Positions 11,426 to 21,427 of a stretch of DNA of 64,000 nucleotides are shown piece after piece. The DNA comes from Candidatus Binatia bacterium. Its GTDB lineage: Bacteria > Desulfobacterota > Binatia > UBA9968 > CAXXLF01. The DNA lies in contig CAXXLF010000002.1 in assembly GCA_963664015.2 (NCBI GenBank), positions 608,001-672,000 on the forward strand, in the 5' to 3' direction. Below the pieces are notes generated by a model. That model was not told the DNA's origin, did no database searches, and saw only the letters and a program-made list of their open reading frames with translations. Numbering within the stretch: the stretch's first letter is position 1; every line of letters begins with the position of its first letter. The position numbers and the translations under genes are program-made.

Positions 11426-11871
11426 TCAGCTTTCGGCGAAAACCACAGCCTTTTTACCCCGTTCACCGATAATGACGGTCAGGAATTTGGTTAGGGATGT
11501 ACCCGGGTTTTTGTTGTTCACCCAGATTATACCGTATTCCAGGAGCCCCTGACCGGCCCGATATTCTGTCTGCCTACCATCGTCCATTTGGACAACGAGA
11601 ATCCCCTCAAGGACGTACAGATAGGTCGGGCCCGGATGGTAATGCCGGCCGGTCTCCCCCCCCGGTTTAATCTGGACCAGGTGCGACACAATCTGAGCGG
11701 CATGGTTTTAGGGTAAATGATTCTTTTTCCGCTCAGGGTTTCCCCATGCTGTGCCACGACGGTCGCCGAGAAGCGGTCATTGCCGATCTTCTTCCGTCTA
11801 TCGCTAGCCATAACCAGCGAGCAGGTGATCAGCAGGAGCAGAGCCCAAATTAAAATTCGAGAATCACCCAC
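11426..11871 (-). pseudogene. Secreted cupin-domain protein, frameshifted
   Basis: Signal peptide plus GETLSGKRIIYPK in one frame; PGGETGRHYHPGPTYLYVLEG in another; shift near 11690. Confidence 0.7.
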
Positions 11872-12117
11872 CGTCTTCCTTGCTACTGCAAACAAGTGGC
11901 TCTGTCTTTGTCGATTTACTCGATCCAATCCCAATTCTGAATTCCGCCCCGTTATATTAGCAAGATGGATTCTTTACCAATCGGTGTTTTAGGCCTCAGT
12001 TAAGATAGGCGTTTTTGAATACGCTGAAGAAGCGTTTGCTCAGCATAGTTCGACGTGAACGAGTCATTAGACCAAGTTAGGCGAATGTTAGCGCTGCCCC
12101 AAGGGATTGTAAAGAAA

Positions 12118-12138
12118 TTTTTTCAGCAAGTGGTCTAG
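12118..12138. repeat. Degenerate MITE/IS-like terminal motif (TTTTTCAGCA...CTAG)
   Basis: Similar to 12617-12635 and 54961-54979. Confidence 0.4.
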
Positions 12139-12182
12139 CGCAGACAGGATCGTAGATGGTAAACCCCGGTGCTCCTCCGCCG

Positions 12183-12545
12183 TCACTCGTCGCGGTGCAC
12201 GGCCTCCAGGGAAAAGGCCGGATGACACACGGCGATGTATTCGGCACCATCGGGGCCCGGGGTACTGTACTGAACCCATTCGCCGCGGGGCACGAGAAGC
12301 GCCGAGCCCGCCTTGATTTCAAGGAAGCCGTTTTCAGTTTTGATATGCAGCTCGCCCCGAATAACGACAGTGTATTCGTCGAATTCGGGACGCTGCCCCG
12401 GCTCGACCCATCCGCTGGGACTTTTCATTCGGGCAATGCTCAGCGCATCGGTCTTGGAGTTGACCCTTCCCACGTACTCTTCGATCACCTTGGGCTTATT
12501 GCCCGCGGAGGAAATAATGGACGGTTTATCAATCACAATAGGCAT
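12183..12545 (-). CDS. Cupin-domain protein (EutQ-like)
   Basis: GNKPKVIEEYVGRVN, SPSGWVEPGQRPEFDEY, GEWVQYSTP, PAFS. Confidence 0.85.
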   Translation of the reverse strand: MPIVIDKPSIISSAGNKPKVIEEYVGRVNSKTDALSIARMKSPSGWVEPGQRPEFDEYTVVIRGELHIKTENGFLEIKAGSALLVPRGEWVQYSTPGPDGAEYIAVCHPAFSLEAVHRDE

Positions 12546-12616
12546 GCTTGTACCTTTCCTTAGTCTGTTCGCTAAAATTCTTAAATGGAATCATACCGGC
12601 TTGTTGCATATGAGGC

Positions 12617-12635
12617 TTTTTCAGCAGCCCGCTAG
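12617..12635. repeat. MITE/IS-like terminal motif TTTTTCAGCAGCCCGCTAG
   Basis: Its CTAG overlaps the SDR stop codon; similar copies near 12118 and 54937-54979. Confidence 0.5.
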
Positions 12636-13387
12636 ATACCCCAGGCGCCGCTGAGATGAATGTTCGTCCCGTTCACGTAGCGAGACTCGTCGGATAGAAG
12701 GTAACGGACAACCGAGGCGGCGTCGTCGAGGGAGCCGATGTAGCCGGCGGGGATGCGTTTGGCCATTGGAGCCAGCTCGTCTGCGGGGGCGCTTCCCGAA
12801 TCGATAAACCCCGGCGAGATGGAGTTGACGGTGATACCATGGGGAGCCAGGAGCCGCGCCAGGGAGCGGGCAACGACGAGCACACCGACCTTGGAGATAT
12901 AGTGGGCAGTCAACTGGGGTTGGGCGATCAGCTGGTCCGCATTGGCCATGCTGAAGCACACTATCCTCCCCCACTTGCGCTGGATCATACCCGGCGCGAC
13001 CGCGCGACTCAGGTAAAAGACAGGATGCAGGTTGTTGTCGAACATGGAGTGCCAACCCTCGACGGTCTCCTCAAGCAGGTTGACCCGGTGATAGGGGCCG
13101 GCGCAGTTGATCAAGGCGTCGATCCGCCCCCATTGCCCTTCTACCTGCCGGACAAAGGCTTCGGCGGCAGCGGGGTTGGAGACGTCGCACTGGACCACCA
13201 TCCCCCGATTCCCTTTTTCCTCGAGAGCAGCGACGACCTCTTTCCCCTCCAGGGCGCTCGTCCGGTAGCAAAGGGCCACCGACCAGCCCTGGGATCCCAG
13301 ATCCAGGGCAACGGCCCGACCTATACCACGCGCCCCTCCCGTGATCAGTGCTACTCGCTCGCCCACATGCCCTCCTTCGGCGTTCAC
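12632..13387 (-). CDS. SDR oxidoreductase (possibly pteridine/dihydrofolate reductase-like)
   Basis: TGGARGIG, YISK (YxxxK-like), NSISPGFI. Confidence 0.88.
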   Translation of the reverse strand: MNAEGGHVGERVALITGGARGIGRAVALDLGSQGWSVALCYRTSALEGKEVVAALEEKGNRGMVVQCDVSNPAAAEAFVRQVEGQWGRIDALINCAGPYHRVNLLEETVEGWHSMFDNNLHPVFYLSRAVAPGMIQRKWGRIVCFSMANADQLIAQPQLTAHYISKVGVLVVARSLARLLAPHGITVNSISPGFIDSGSAPADELAPMAKRIPAGYIGSLDDAASVVRYLLSDESRYVNGTNIHLSGAWGI

Positions 13388-13407
13388 CCGCGGCCCAACT
13401 ACAACAG

Positions 13408-15645
13408 CTATGACGGCTCGGGAATGAACGGCTTAAACTTCTGGTACAACTCTTTGAGCTTGCCCATGTAATGCTCGACGTTTTGGTCCGGTTGCTTGGG
13501 GTCCCACAGAGAAACCAGCTTACTGTTCTCGCTAACCTTGACCTTCGCCGTCTTGCCGGTAACGTAGTAGGAGATTTGATCGCCCGGCTGGTAGGACCGC
13601 TCCGCTCTCAACGCCAGTTCGTAGGCTGCCGCTGCGTTTCGTTTTTTTGATTTGACCTTCATTTGATAATTATCGAGGGAGTCCTGCAGGGTCTCGGTCT
13701 TCATCAGCCGGGAGATATCGATACGGTGATTTTCCAGATCGTCCAGATACCGAACGTAAAGGGAATCGATCTTGTCACTCTCTCCCTTCAGCAATAAGTG
13801 CAGCATCTCCTCCATCCATTGCCGCTGGAACAACTCGAGACCTCGGGAGCGAAGACCCGAGCCCTTGATGAGCAACCGGCCTTTGGTATCGAGCAAGGCG
13901 TAGTTCTTCATCTTGTAGCTGAACATAGCCTCGTAACGGCCGTCCAATTCCAGCTCGATGCCCTCCGGGAGCGAGGCGGAAAGCTCATCTATCAGTTTTT
14001 CCTCATCGCCCTCGCTTTGGACCCCTTGCGGCGGCACGAAATAGATCCCGTCGGTGTCTATCTCAATGACCTGGGCCCCTTCTTTCTTTAGCGAGGCGAC
14101 GGCCGATTGAATGAGCTCCCTACCCTTGGCGGTAACCTGGTTGGCCGCTCCGTAGTCGTTGAAGTGGCCCATACTGAAACCGAGGTAACCATAGAAGGAG
14201 TTGATCAGGATTTTGAAGGTAGACTGGAGCGCCGAAAAATAAATCTGACCCTCCTGGCCCTCGGCCTCTCGGGCCATCTGCTTGGCCTTGACCCGGAACT
14301 CCCTCAAGTCGCGCAATAGGCCATGGGAGATCTTCAGCTCGTCCCGCTCCGGGGAAAAACCATAGGCAAGCATGATGGACGGGTAAAGAGAGGTCACGTC
14401 ACAGTGCAAGACATGTTTGGCCACACCCTGGAACTCGATCTCCGTGTACCCACCGACCACGTCCTTCCCTTGCTCTGGCTTGGGGATAGCATGACCCTGA
14501 TTGAGGTACTCCCGTAGAAAGAGAGAATTGATCTTGGTGGCGTTACCCCGCAGGGCGACGTTTTGATAGTTGTAGGGGAAGATCTGGGCCTCAACGAAGT
14601 AACTCTGGGAAAGCAGCTCCGAGATAGCCCGCGTTTCGCGCACATCGTCCAGGGCGTAACGAAAAAGCGTATCCGGATCGTTGTCGAAGTACCAGCTCGC
14701 CTTCTCGCCCGGGATATAGGTACGTTCAGGGGAGGCTACACCGAAGTGGCGTGCGATCTGCTTGAGGCCATACCCCGGAAGTTCCCGCGCGGTCACATCG
14801 TAGTGTTGGGCAAGGATCCAGGTGTCGATAATGTGGCGACCGTAGATCTCATACTTGCGATACGCAATCGCCCTTTCGGCGACCTGCATCCGTGAAGGGT
14901 GGCCTTTGAGAAGACTCTCGTCCCTTCCCAGGGTCAACTTGACGCCACACCGACGGGCCCGGGTCTCCAGGTATTCCAGATCGAAGCGGAAAAAGTTGTG
15001 CCCCTCAATGACATCCGGATCCCGTTCCTTAACCTCCCGGACCATCTGGTCGATCATCTCGGCCTCGCTGTGCTCCTTCCCCGATATGAGCCTCTCCCAT
15101 CCGGTAGAGTCCGACATGGCGATAGCCGTCACACGGTCCGTTTCCCGATGGGCATTGGGGAACTCGAAACCTTCCGCGCAGTAAGTCTCGATATCAATCT
15201 GCATGCGCTTGAGATCGCCGAAAGGCAATCCCAGAAAATGGGTTTTACCGGATTGCAGGAGATAGAGGTGGACCGGATCGTTGATATAAAGGTAGGGAGC
15301 ATCCGTGGCCGATGTCCCCCGGCCGGTTTTCTTCTGTAAATGGGACTTGGCCGACTCCAGCTCTTTGAGATCGGCGAACCGGATCAGGCAATTGAACGGT
15401 CCGCCGCCCTTCAGATGTTCGAGGTTGAAATCACCCTTGAAACCCTTCAACCACTTTTCGTCCTCCACCCAAAGAAACGGTTCGAAGGGAACCGTCTCAA
15501 ATCCTGTTGCCCCCCCCTTACGGGAATAAATTCGTATCCGATCCCCACCCTCGACCTCGAAGGCAAGCAGCCCCGGAGTGAAATCCCGGCCGAAAAGAAC
15601 TCTGTTCTGATGAAAGGGAAGATTCTGGCTCCAGTTTTGATCCAT
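13408..15645 (-). CDS. polB: Family B DNA polymerase with proofreading exonuclease
   Basis: ExoI DIET, ExoII HNFFRFD, ExoIII YALDD; polymerase motifs DVTSLYPSI, KILINSFYG, IDTDG. Start uncertain (ORF is open to 15792). Confidence 0.92.
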   Translation of the reverse strand: MDQNWSQNLPFHQNRVLFGRDFTPGLLAFEVEGGDRIRIYSRKGGATGFETVPFEPFLWVEDEKWLKGFKGDFNLEHLKGGGPFNCLIRFADLKELESAKSHLQKKTGRGTSATDAPYLYINDPVHLYLLQSGKTHFLGLPFGDLKRMQIDIETYCAEGFEFPNAHRETDRVTAIAMSDSTGWERLISGKEHSEAEMIDQMVREVKERDPDVIEGHNFFRFDLEYLETRARRCGVKLTLGRDESLLKGHPSRMQVAERAIAYRKYEIYGRHIIDTWILAQHYDVTARELPGYGLKQIARHFGVASPERTYIPGEKASWYFDNDPDTLFRYALDDVRETRAISELLSQSYFVEAQIFPYNYQNVALRGNATKINSLFLREYLNQGHAIPKPEQGKDVVGGYTEIEFQGVAKHVLHCDVTSLYPSIMLAYGFSPERDELKISHGLLRDLREFRVKAKQMAREAEGQEGQIYFSALQSTFKILINSFYGYLGFSMGHFNDYGAANQVTAKGRELIQSAVASLKKEGAQVIEIDTDGIYFVPPQGVQSEGDEEKLIDELSASLPEGIELELDGRYEAMFSYKMKNYALLDTKGRLLIKGSGLRSRGLELFQRQWMEEMLHLLLKGESDKIDSLYVRYLDDLENHRIDISRLMKTETLQDSLDNYQMKVKSKKRNAAAAYELALRAERSYQPGDQISYYVTGKTAKVKVSENSKLVSLWDPKQPDQNVEHYMGKLKELYQKFKPFIPEPS

Positions 15646-16201
15646 GTCGAGTTCCAAGCACATCCTATTCATTTCAATCCCGCAGGGCAACTTCCTTGCC
15701 CGTCCAGCAGCAACGAGAAATTGTATCAGGGAGCCCGTACCCTTCCAAGAAAATATAGGCTCGGGCCACGTTTTTTTTCTATCCTCTAACATAGGTTGGC
15801 TCTACGAGCGGCAACGCAGCCAGTCGGATAGTTCGCTACGAAAACTGTTGTGGCGGCGCCTGCGGTCATTACAAAGTGTTCAGCGCTTTTGAAAAGACCC
15901 CATCCACAACATTACATATAAGCGACAGGCTCCTGATTTATTAGAGCAATCGCCCACGCACCAGCAAAACATTTAGCCATTGCCCCTTGATCCAGACTAA
16001 TCGTTGGGATAAGAGGTTGCATTCTGATTTATAGACTAGAGGGACCCTGCTCGTCATCTATTTCTTGTTCGTTTTTCTCTTTGAGATTCGTCTCTATCCG
16101 GGGGTTGTAGCCCAGACTTTCCTTGATTTTTGAGGAGATAGCTCTCCCTCGACTTCTTCCGTGCTGGCAGAAACCGCTCCAAGTGTGATAAAAATAAGAG
16201 T

Positions 16202-16981
16202 ATGGACCCTGTGGAATACGAGAGTCGCCCGACAATGACGCGGCCGGTCTTGGTCATTGCCTTTACCGGTTGGAACGATGCGGGCAGTGCTGCCAGTATG
16301 GCCGTACGCTATCTCATCGAACAGCTCTTCGCAACTAAATTTGCCACAGTCGATCCTGAAGAGTATTACGACTTTTCTGTCCAGCGACCGCAGGTACGTC
16401 TCGGCAAAGGATCGCAGCGCCAAATCCAATGGCCATCGTATGAATTCTACCACGGGTCGGGTATGGGGGTGGAGCATGACTTTGTATTTGCGACCGGGCC
16501 CGAGCCCAACCTTCATTGGAGGGGGTTTTGCGAGTTGATTCTCCGTCTGGCACGGGAGTGGAAAGTCGAAATGATCGTCACCCTTGGGGCCTACCTGGAT
16601 GAGGGCCTCTACACCCGTCCGGTTCCGCTGTCCGGCTTTTCCACAAACAAGAAATTCATTAAAGAGCTGGATCTGATCCCCTCACGTTACCAGGGCCCGA
16701 CGGGGATAATCGGAGTTCTCGGCGATATGTGCCGCAAGGGGTCGATTCCCAACATGAGCCTGTGGGCCTCCCTCCCCCACTACCTGCCGCCTTCCCCCAA
16801 CCCCCGGGGTAGTCTGGCGCTGATCTTGCGGCTTACCCAATGGCTCGGCCTGCGTATCGACACGTCTCCCCTGGAACGAGCGGCGGGTGAATATCAAAAG
16901 AAAGTCAACGAAATCATTAACAGCGATCCCAATCTTTCAGCCTTTATTCACGAACTTAAAAAACACGAATTCGATCAGTGA
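16202..16981 (+). CDS. PAC2 family (proteasome assembly chaperone-like) protein
   Basis: AFTGWNDAG, YYDF...RP, GPEPNLHW, YQGPTGIIG, WASLPHY. Confidence 0.88.
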   Translation: MDPVEYESRPTMTRPVLVIAFTGWNDAGSAASMAVRYLIEQLFATKFATVDPEEYYDFSVQRPQVRLGKGSQRQIQWPSYEFYHGSGMGVEHDFVFATGPEPNLHWRGFCELILRLAREWKVEMIVTLGAYLDEGLYTRPVPLSGFSTNKKFIKELDLIPSRYQGPTGIIGVLGDMCRKGSIPNMSLWASLPHYLPPSPNPRGSLALILRLTQWLGLRIDTSPLERAAGEYQKKVNEIINSDPNLSAFIHELKKHEFDQ

Positions 16982-17679
16982 TGCTCTCTGTCTTGATGCC
17001 CGTCTACAACGAGGTCAACACGCTTACCGAAGCAATACGGCGAGTGCGGGGCGTCGATGTTCCAAAGGAGATCATTCTGATCGATGACGGGTCCACCGAT
17101 GGGAGCCGGGAGCTACTCGCCGGCCTTGAGAAAGAGCCCAAGGACCCGCAAAATCTGATAAAGGTAGTCTTCAAAACCGCGAACCAGGGAAAGGGCGCCG
17201 CGATCCGAACTGCTATCGAACATATCACCGGGGACGTGGTCATCATCCAGGACGCGGATCTCGAATACAACCCGCAAGACTACCCCAGATTGCTGGAACC
17301 CATCCAGTCAGGTGAAGCAGACGTTGTATATGGCACCCGCTTCTACGGTGGGGGCACCCACCGGGTCTTGTTTTTCTGGCACTCCGTCGGCAATCAAATC
17401 CTTACGTTGTTTTCCAACATTCTTACCAACCTCAATCTCTCCGACATGGAGGTCGGCTACAAGGCCATGCGCGCGGAAATCATCAGGAAACTCAACATCA
17501 AATCCAATCGCTTCGGAATCGAGCCTGAGATCACGGTAAAAGTGGCTAAAAAAGGGTACCGGATATACGAAGTCCCGATTTCCTATTACGGCAGAACCTA
17601 TAAAGAAGGGAAAAAGATCACCTGGAAGGACGGTTTTGCCGCTTTCTATTCTCTGATCAGATTCAAACTCATGGATTAA
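16978..17679 (+). CDS. Glycosyltransferase family 2 (polyprenol-phosphate sugar transferase-like)
   Basis: MPVYNE, DDGSTDGS, NQGKGAA, QDADLEY, FGIEPE, EGKKITWKDG. Confidence 0.92.
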   Translation: MMLSVLMPVYNEVNTLTEAIRRVRGVDVPKEIILIDDGSTDGSRELLAGLEKEPKDPQNLIKVVFKTANQGKGAAIRTAIEHITGDVVIIQDADLEYNPQDYPRLLEPIQSGEADVVYGTRFYGGGTHRVLFFWHSVGNQILTLFSNILTNLNLSDMEVGYKAMRAEIIRKLNIKSNRFGIEPEITVKVAKKGYRIYEVPISYYGRTYKEGKKITWKDGFAAFYSLIRFKLMD

Positions 17680-17801
17680 CCCGCTTCAATTGTTTTCCTC
17701 TGTCCCTCCCCAAAGGCTAAAATCCTGTCATCAGTTTAGCCCCTTCGTTACGAAAGCTGTTATCGCCCGGCGCCCTCCTGTTACCGTCTACCCACCTTTA
17801 T

Positions 17802-17827
17802 GGAATAAACAGCCTCGCCAGGGTGTT
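17802..17827 (+). promoter_or_regulatory. Putative ECF (ECF26/PrtI-like) autoregulatory promoter
   Basis: GGAATAAA-N15-GTT about 60 nt upstream of the ECF sigma gene. Confidence 0.45.
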
Positions 17828-17883
17828 CGTCCTTATATAGATTTGACGTCAAAGCAGGGTTAAACCCAACTATTTATAAGCTC

Positions 17884-18371
17884 GTGAAACCAACGGAGGA
17901 AATGATAGCACTGATCCCGCGACTGCGCCGATATGCGCGGACTCTAACCGGGAGCCGCGCTCACGCTGACGATTTGGTGCAGGATACGCTTGAGCGGGCC
18001 CTGGGCCGCTTCCACCTCTGGTGGCGGGGCAGCAACCTCCGTGCCTGGCTTTTTACAATTATGCACAACGTCCATGCGAACCACGTGAGGGCGCACCAGA
18101 AGGAGCAGAGGGCGCGCTCGAAGAAGACGAGCTACAATTATCCACGAGACCAACGCAGGAAGACCGGATAGAAATTCGTCAGCTCCAGATCGCGCTCAAG
18201 CAACTTCCTTCCGACCAACGAAAGGTGCTGCTCCTGGTTGGCCTCGAGGAGATGTCCTATCGCGAAACATCCACAGTCCTCAACATTCCGGTTGGAACTG
18301 TAATGTCCCGTCTGGCGCGAGGACGCGAAAGGCTGCGCACTCTCATGCGAGACGATCGCCCTATTCCCTAA
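17884..18371 (+). pseudogene. ECF sigma factor, frameshifted
   Basis: LRRYARTLT...ADDLVQDTLERA...LRAWLFTIMHN in one frame; region 4 (PVGTVMSRLARGR) in another; shift near 18110-18120. Confidence 0.85.
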
Positions 18372-18385
18372 CTCAAGGTGCTCAA

Positions 18386-19152
18386 ATGACCAACCGTGAA
18401 CCCCCCATTCTGGAAAGCGAGCTCCAAGCTTACGTGGACCGACAGCTGCCGGACGAGCGCAGCGCACAGGTCGAAGCCTACCTAGCCGCCAACCCTGAAG
18501 AGGGCGAGAAGGTGCGGTATTATCGGGATCTCAACGATTCCTTGCACACTCTTTTTGACCCCGTGCTGAATGAGCCCGTACCGCTAAAACTACATCCCGC
18601 ACGCGTAAAGCGAACGAATCTGGTCAAACAGTGCGCGCTTATAGTGTTATCCCTTTCACTTGGAGCTGCTGTGGGATGGAGCGCGCGAGGTTTTTTTATA
18701 AGCCTCTGACGGAAATCAACGGGTATAGCTGGCCCAGGTATGCCGCCATGGCCCACGTAGTTTATAGCCGAGAGAAGCGACATGCCATCGAAGTTATGGC
18801 TAATGAGGAACGGCATCTGGTAAGCTGGCTTTCAAAGCGGCTGGGGTTTGCCCTAAAGGTGCCGAACCTGTCGAGAGAGGGCTACGCGCTGGTCGGGGGC
18901 CGCCTGCTGCCGGGAGATCAGGGGTCTGTGGCACACTTCATGTACGAGGATTAAACTGGGCAGCGGCTCACCCTTTACGTGAGGACTGACATCAAAGGAA
19001 ATCCAACGACTGCTTTTCGGTTCTATGAGCAGGGCCAGGTTCGAGTCTTCTACTGGCTCGACGGTCCGGTCGGTTACGCCCTTTCCGGCAAGGCACAGAG
19101 AGATGACCTTTTACGGGTAGCAACAGTAATTTACCAAGAACAAACTAGCTGA
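18386..19152 (+). pseudogene. Transmembrane anti-sigma factor (RsiW/PrtR-like), broken
   Basis: LQAYVDRQL N-terminus; frameshift near 18700; HLVSWLSKRLG and LVGGRLLPG; TAA at 18952-18954; frame continues GQRLTLYV...FYWLDG..GYALSG to 19152. Confidence 0.85.
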
Positions 19153-19353
19153 TTTAAGGGGGGGGGTAAAGACAATGAGTTCCAACAAAGCTTTTCCGGC
19201 AACTCGGGGATTTTCTTGACTGTCGAATTTACGACTAAGTCTATGGCCAGTTTCAGGGAATTGGCCCGGATCTACTTGACAATAGATAGAATTTTACAGT
19301 ATATACACGGGGTCAATCGGGACAACAGGACCCGGATCAATAAGGAGAAAATT

Positions 19354-19827
19354 ATGAAGCTTATAAAATCATTTTTAACTTTAGTAATTGGACTATCTCT
19401 ACTTTCCGTTGCGCCGCCGACTTTCGGTCAGGACGACGTCATCAAGAACCGAAAAAAATTGATGAAGTCCAACGACAAGGCCGAAAAATCCCTCAGGAAG
19501 GCCGTGAAGGAAAAGGAAAAGGACTACGCCGCTATCAAGTCGAGTGCAAAGATAATCCTTGCCAATACGGGTAAGATCGAAGCCCTCTTCCCCAAGGGAA
19601 GCACATCCGATAAATCCAAGGCCACCAAGGCCATATGGGCGGACTTCGATGGATTCAAGGACAATATCGGGTGGTTGAAGACCTCCGCAAATGCGCTCGC
19701 CGCAGCCGCCGTTGCCAAGGATAACGTAATGGTCAACCTGGAATACAAGGCGGTCAAATCCGCTTGCAATCAGTGCCATAGATCCTTCAAAAAAGGCGGC
19801 CGTACGAAAAAGAAAAAGAAGAAATAA
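19354..19827 (+). CDS. Class II cytochrome c (c'/c556 family)
   Basis: Signal peptide, LFPKGS, AIWADFDGF, C-terminal CNQCH; AGGAG RBS before ATG 19354. Confidence 0.88.
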   Translation: MKLIKSFLTLVIGLSLLSVAPPTFGQDDVIKNRKKLMKSNDKAEKSLRKAVKEKEKDYAAIKSSAKIILANTGKIEALFPKGSTSDKSKATKAIWADFDGFKDNIGWLKTSANALAAAAVAKDNVMVNLEYKAVKSACNQCHRSFKKGGRTKKKKKK

Positions 19828-19877
19828 CGGCTAAGCAGCCTCAACCGCTGCCTCAATCTTCCGGCATACACGACCTC

Positions 19878-19934
19878 GGGTTCGGGACCACTCGTACTCC
19901 TTACGATGGGCCCGAACCCACCCAATTTTTATTT
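19878..19934 (+). terminator. Long hairpin downstream of the cytochrome gene, probable terminator
   Basis: gggttcgggacca/tgggcccgaaccc arms followed by a T-rich tract. Confidence 0.45.
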
Positions 19935-20214
19935 CCCCTTTACAGTTTCAAAAGACCACGTATCCTTACATAAACCCAGCCGGTCCGGTTGGCGGTCCAC
20001 CGATGGACGATATAGGTCTCCTCACCTTTCTGACCATGAACCGTTTAGGATTCGCTTCGTACTTATTCGCTAGGAAGTCTCCACTCGACAGCAAAATCAC
20101 CTGAGCCCATTGGCTGCTTGACAAGGCGGCAAGCGAGGCCTATCTAGTTAAAAATAGGCTTATAGGGTCGGAATGCGCATTCGGCTTCCGCGTAACATCT
20201 GAGGTAAATCACTT

Positions 20215-21138
20215 ATGACAAGTAAAATTCCAGTGGTGGATTTCGATGGTATCTGGTCTGACGATCCGTCCAGGCAAAAGGCGACTGCGGCTATGCTACG
20301 CCGGGCCCTGGAATCCTATGGTTTCTTGTACCTCAAGAACCACGGAGTCTCGCAGACTCATCTCGATGAGCTGTTTGAACAGTCACGCGTATTTTTCGCA
20401 CTTCCCCAGTCTGCGAAAGACGCCGTCAAACGAAAAGAAGACGGCACCAGCCGTCATGGGTACGAAGGAATCGGCGGTCAGTCCCTGGATGAACATTTTG
20501 CCGATCTGAAGGAGCTCTTTCATGGAGTTCCCCACGACGCAGATACTCAGCTTTGGCCGAAGGAGTTGCCCCGTTTTCGCGAGGTGGTACTCTCCTTCCA
20601 CCAAGCCGCGTCCGAGGCCGCGTACAAGTTTATAAGCGCCGCGGCCTTGTCATTGGGGCTACGCGAAGACTATTTTGCGTCTACCCACGACCGTGCGGAA
20701 GGTTCGGTTCGAATGCTCCACTATCCACCGGTTCAAGGGCCGGTCCAGCCGGGACAACTCCGTGCCGGTGCCCACACTGACTTTGGCGGTATCACCCTGC
20801 TGTTCAGCGATGACGAAAACGGATTGGAGATCCAGGGGCCCGACGATACCTGGTTACCGGCTCCCGCGCTGTCAGGAGCGGCGGTGATCAATACGGGAGA
20901 CCTGATGGAGCGGTGGACCAACGGTCAGTTTCGCTCCTCCCCGCATCGCGTTGTTGTCCCTGAAGGGCGAGCGACAAAGCGACATCGTTACTCTGTAGCC
21001 TTCTTTTACAGTCCCAACCGGGATGCCGTGATAACCTGCCTACCGCCTTGCCATAGTAAGGAGCACCCACCCAAATACCCGCCGGTCACCGCGGGGGAAC
21101 ATATCCGCGCCCGCGTTCAGGCTACACGTCCTTACTAG
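20215..21138 (+). CDS. 2-oxoglutarate/Fe(II) dioxygenase, isopenicillin N synthase family
   Basis: GFLYLKNHG, HYPP, AHTDFG (HxD), INTGDL, SPHRV, RYS. Confidence 0.92.
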   Translation: MTSKIPVVDFDGIWSDDPSRQKATAAMLRRALESYGFLYLKNHGVSQTHLDELFEQSRVFFALPQSAKDAVKRKEDGTSRHGYEGIGGQSLDEHFADLKELFHGVPHDADTQLWPKELPRFREVVLSFHQAASEAAYKFISAAALSLGLREDYFASTHDRAEGSVRMLHYPPVQGPVQPGQLRAGAHTDFGGITLLFSDDENGLEIQGPDDTWLPAPALSGAAVINTGDLMERWTNGQFRSSPHRVVVPEGRATKRHRYSVAFFYSPNRDAVITCLPPCHSKEHPPKYPPVTAGEHIRARVQATRPY

Positions 21139-21397
21139 ACGATCCCGAGGTTTGGAACCGCTCATCCAGGGCAACGGCCGTCTTGAGATGCCCTACCAGA
21201 CTCTTATGGCCACCGTGGCATCGAGCAAGCCGCCAGAAAAGTAGCCGCTCCGTGCTGGAGCGGGCCGTTGAAGTGACGTTGTTTCGGAGGCTGCAGCCTC
21301 CGAGGAACACGGCCAGAAATAGGGTAAAGCCGATTTGAATGATCTTGCGCGATTGAATATGATAGCAACAGCTAACAGGCCGAGAGGACATGCACAA
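21122..21397 (-). pseudogene. Lipoprotein N-terminal fragment
   Basis: Lipobox LGGC followed by VTSTARSSTERLL, after which the sequence looks non-coding. Confidence 0.35.
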
Positions 21398-21427
21398 GAA
21401 AATTGATTAAAGAGTAGGAGGCATCCT

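Noticed and set aside
13408-15792. Casposon, pipolin or prophage around polB
   Set aside because: No integrase, Cas1, terminal repeats or virion genes nearby
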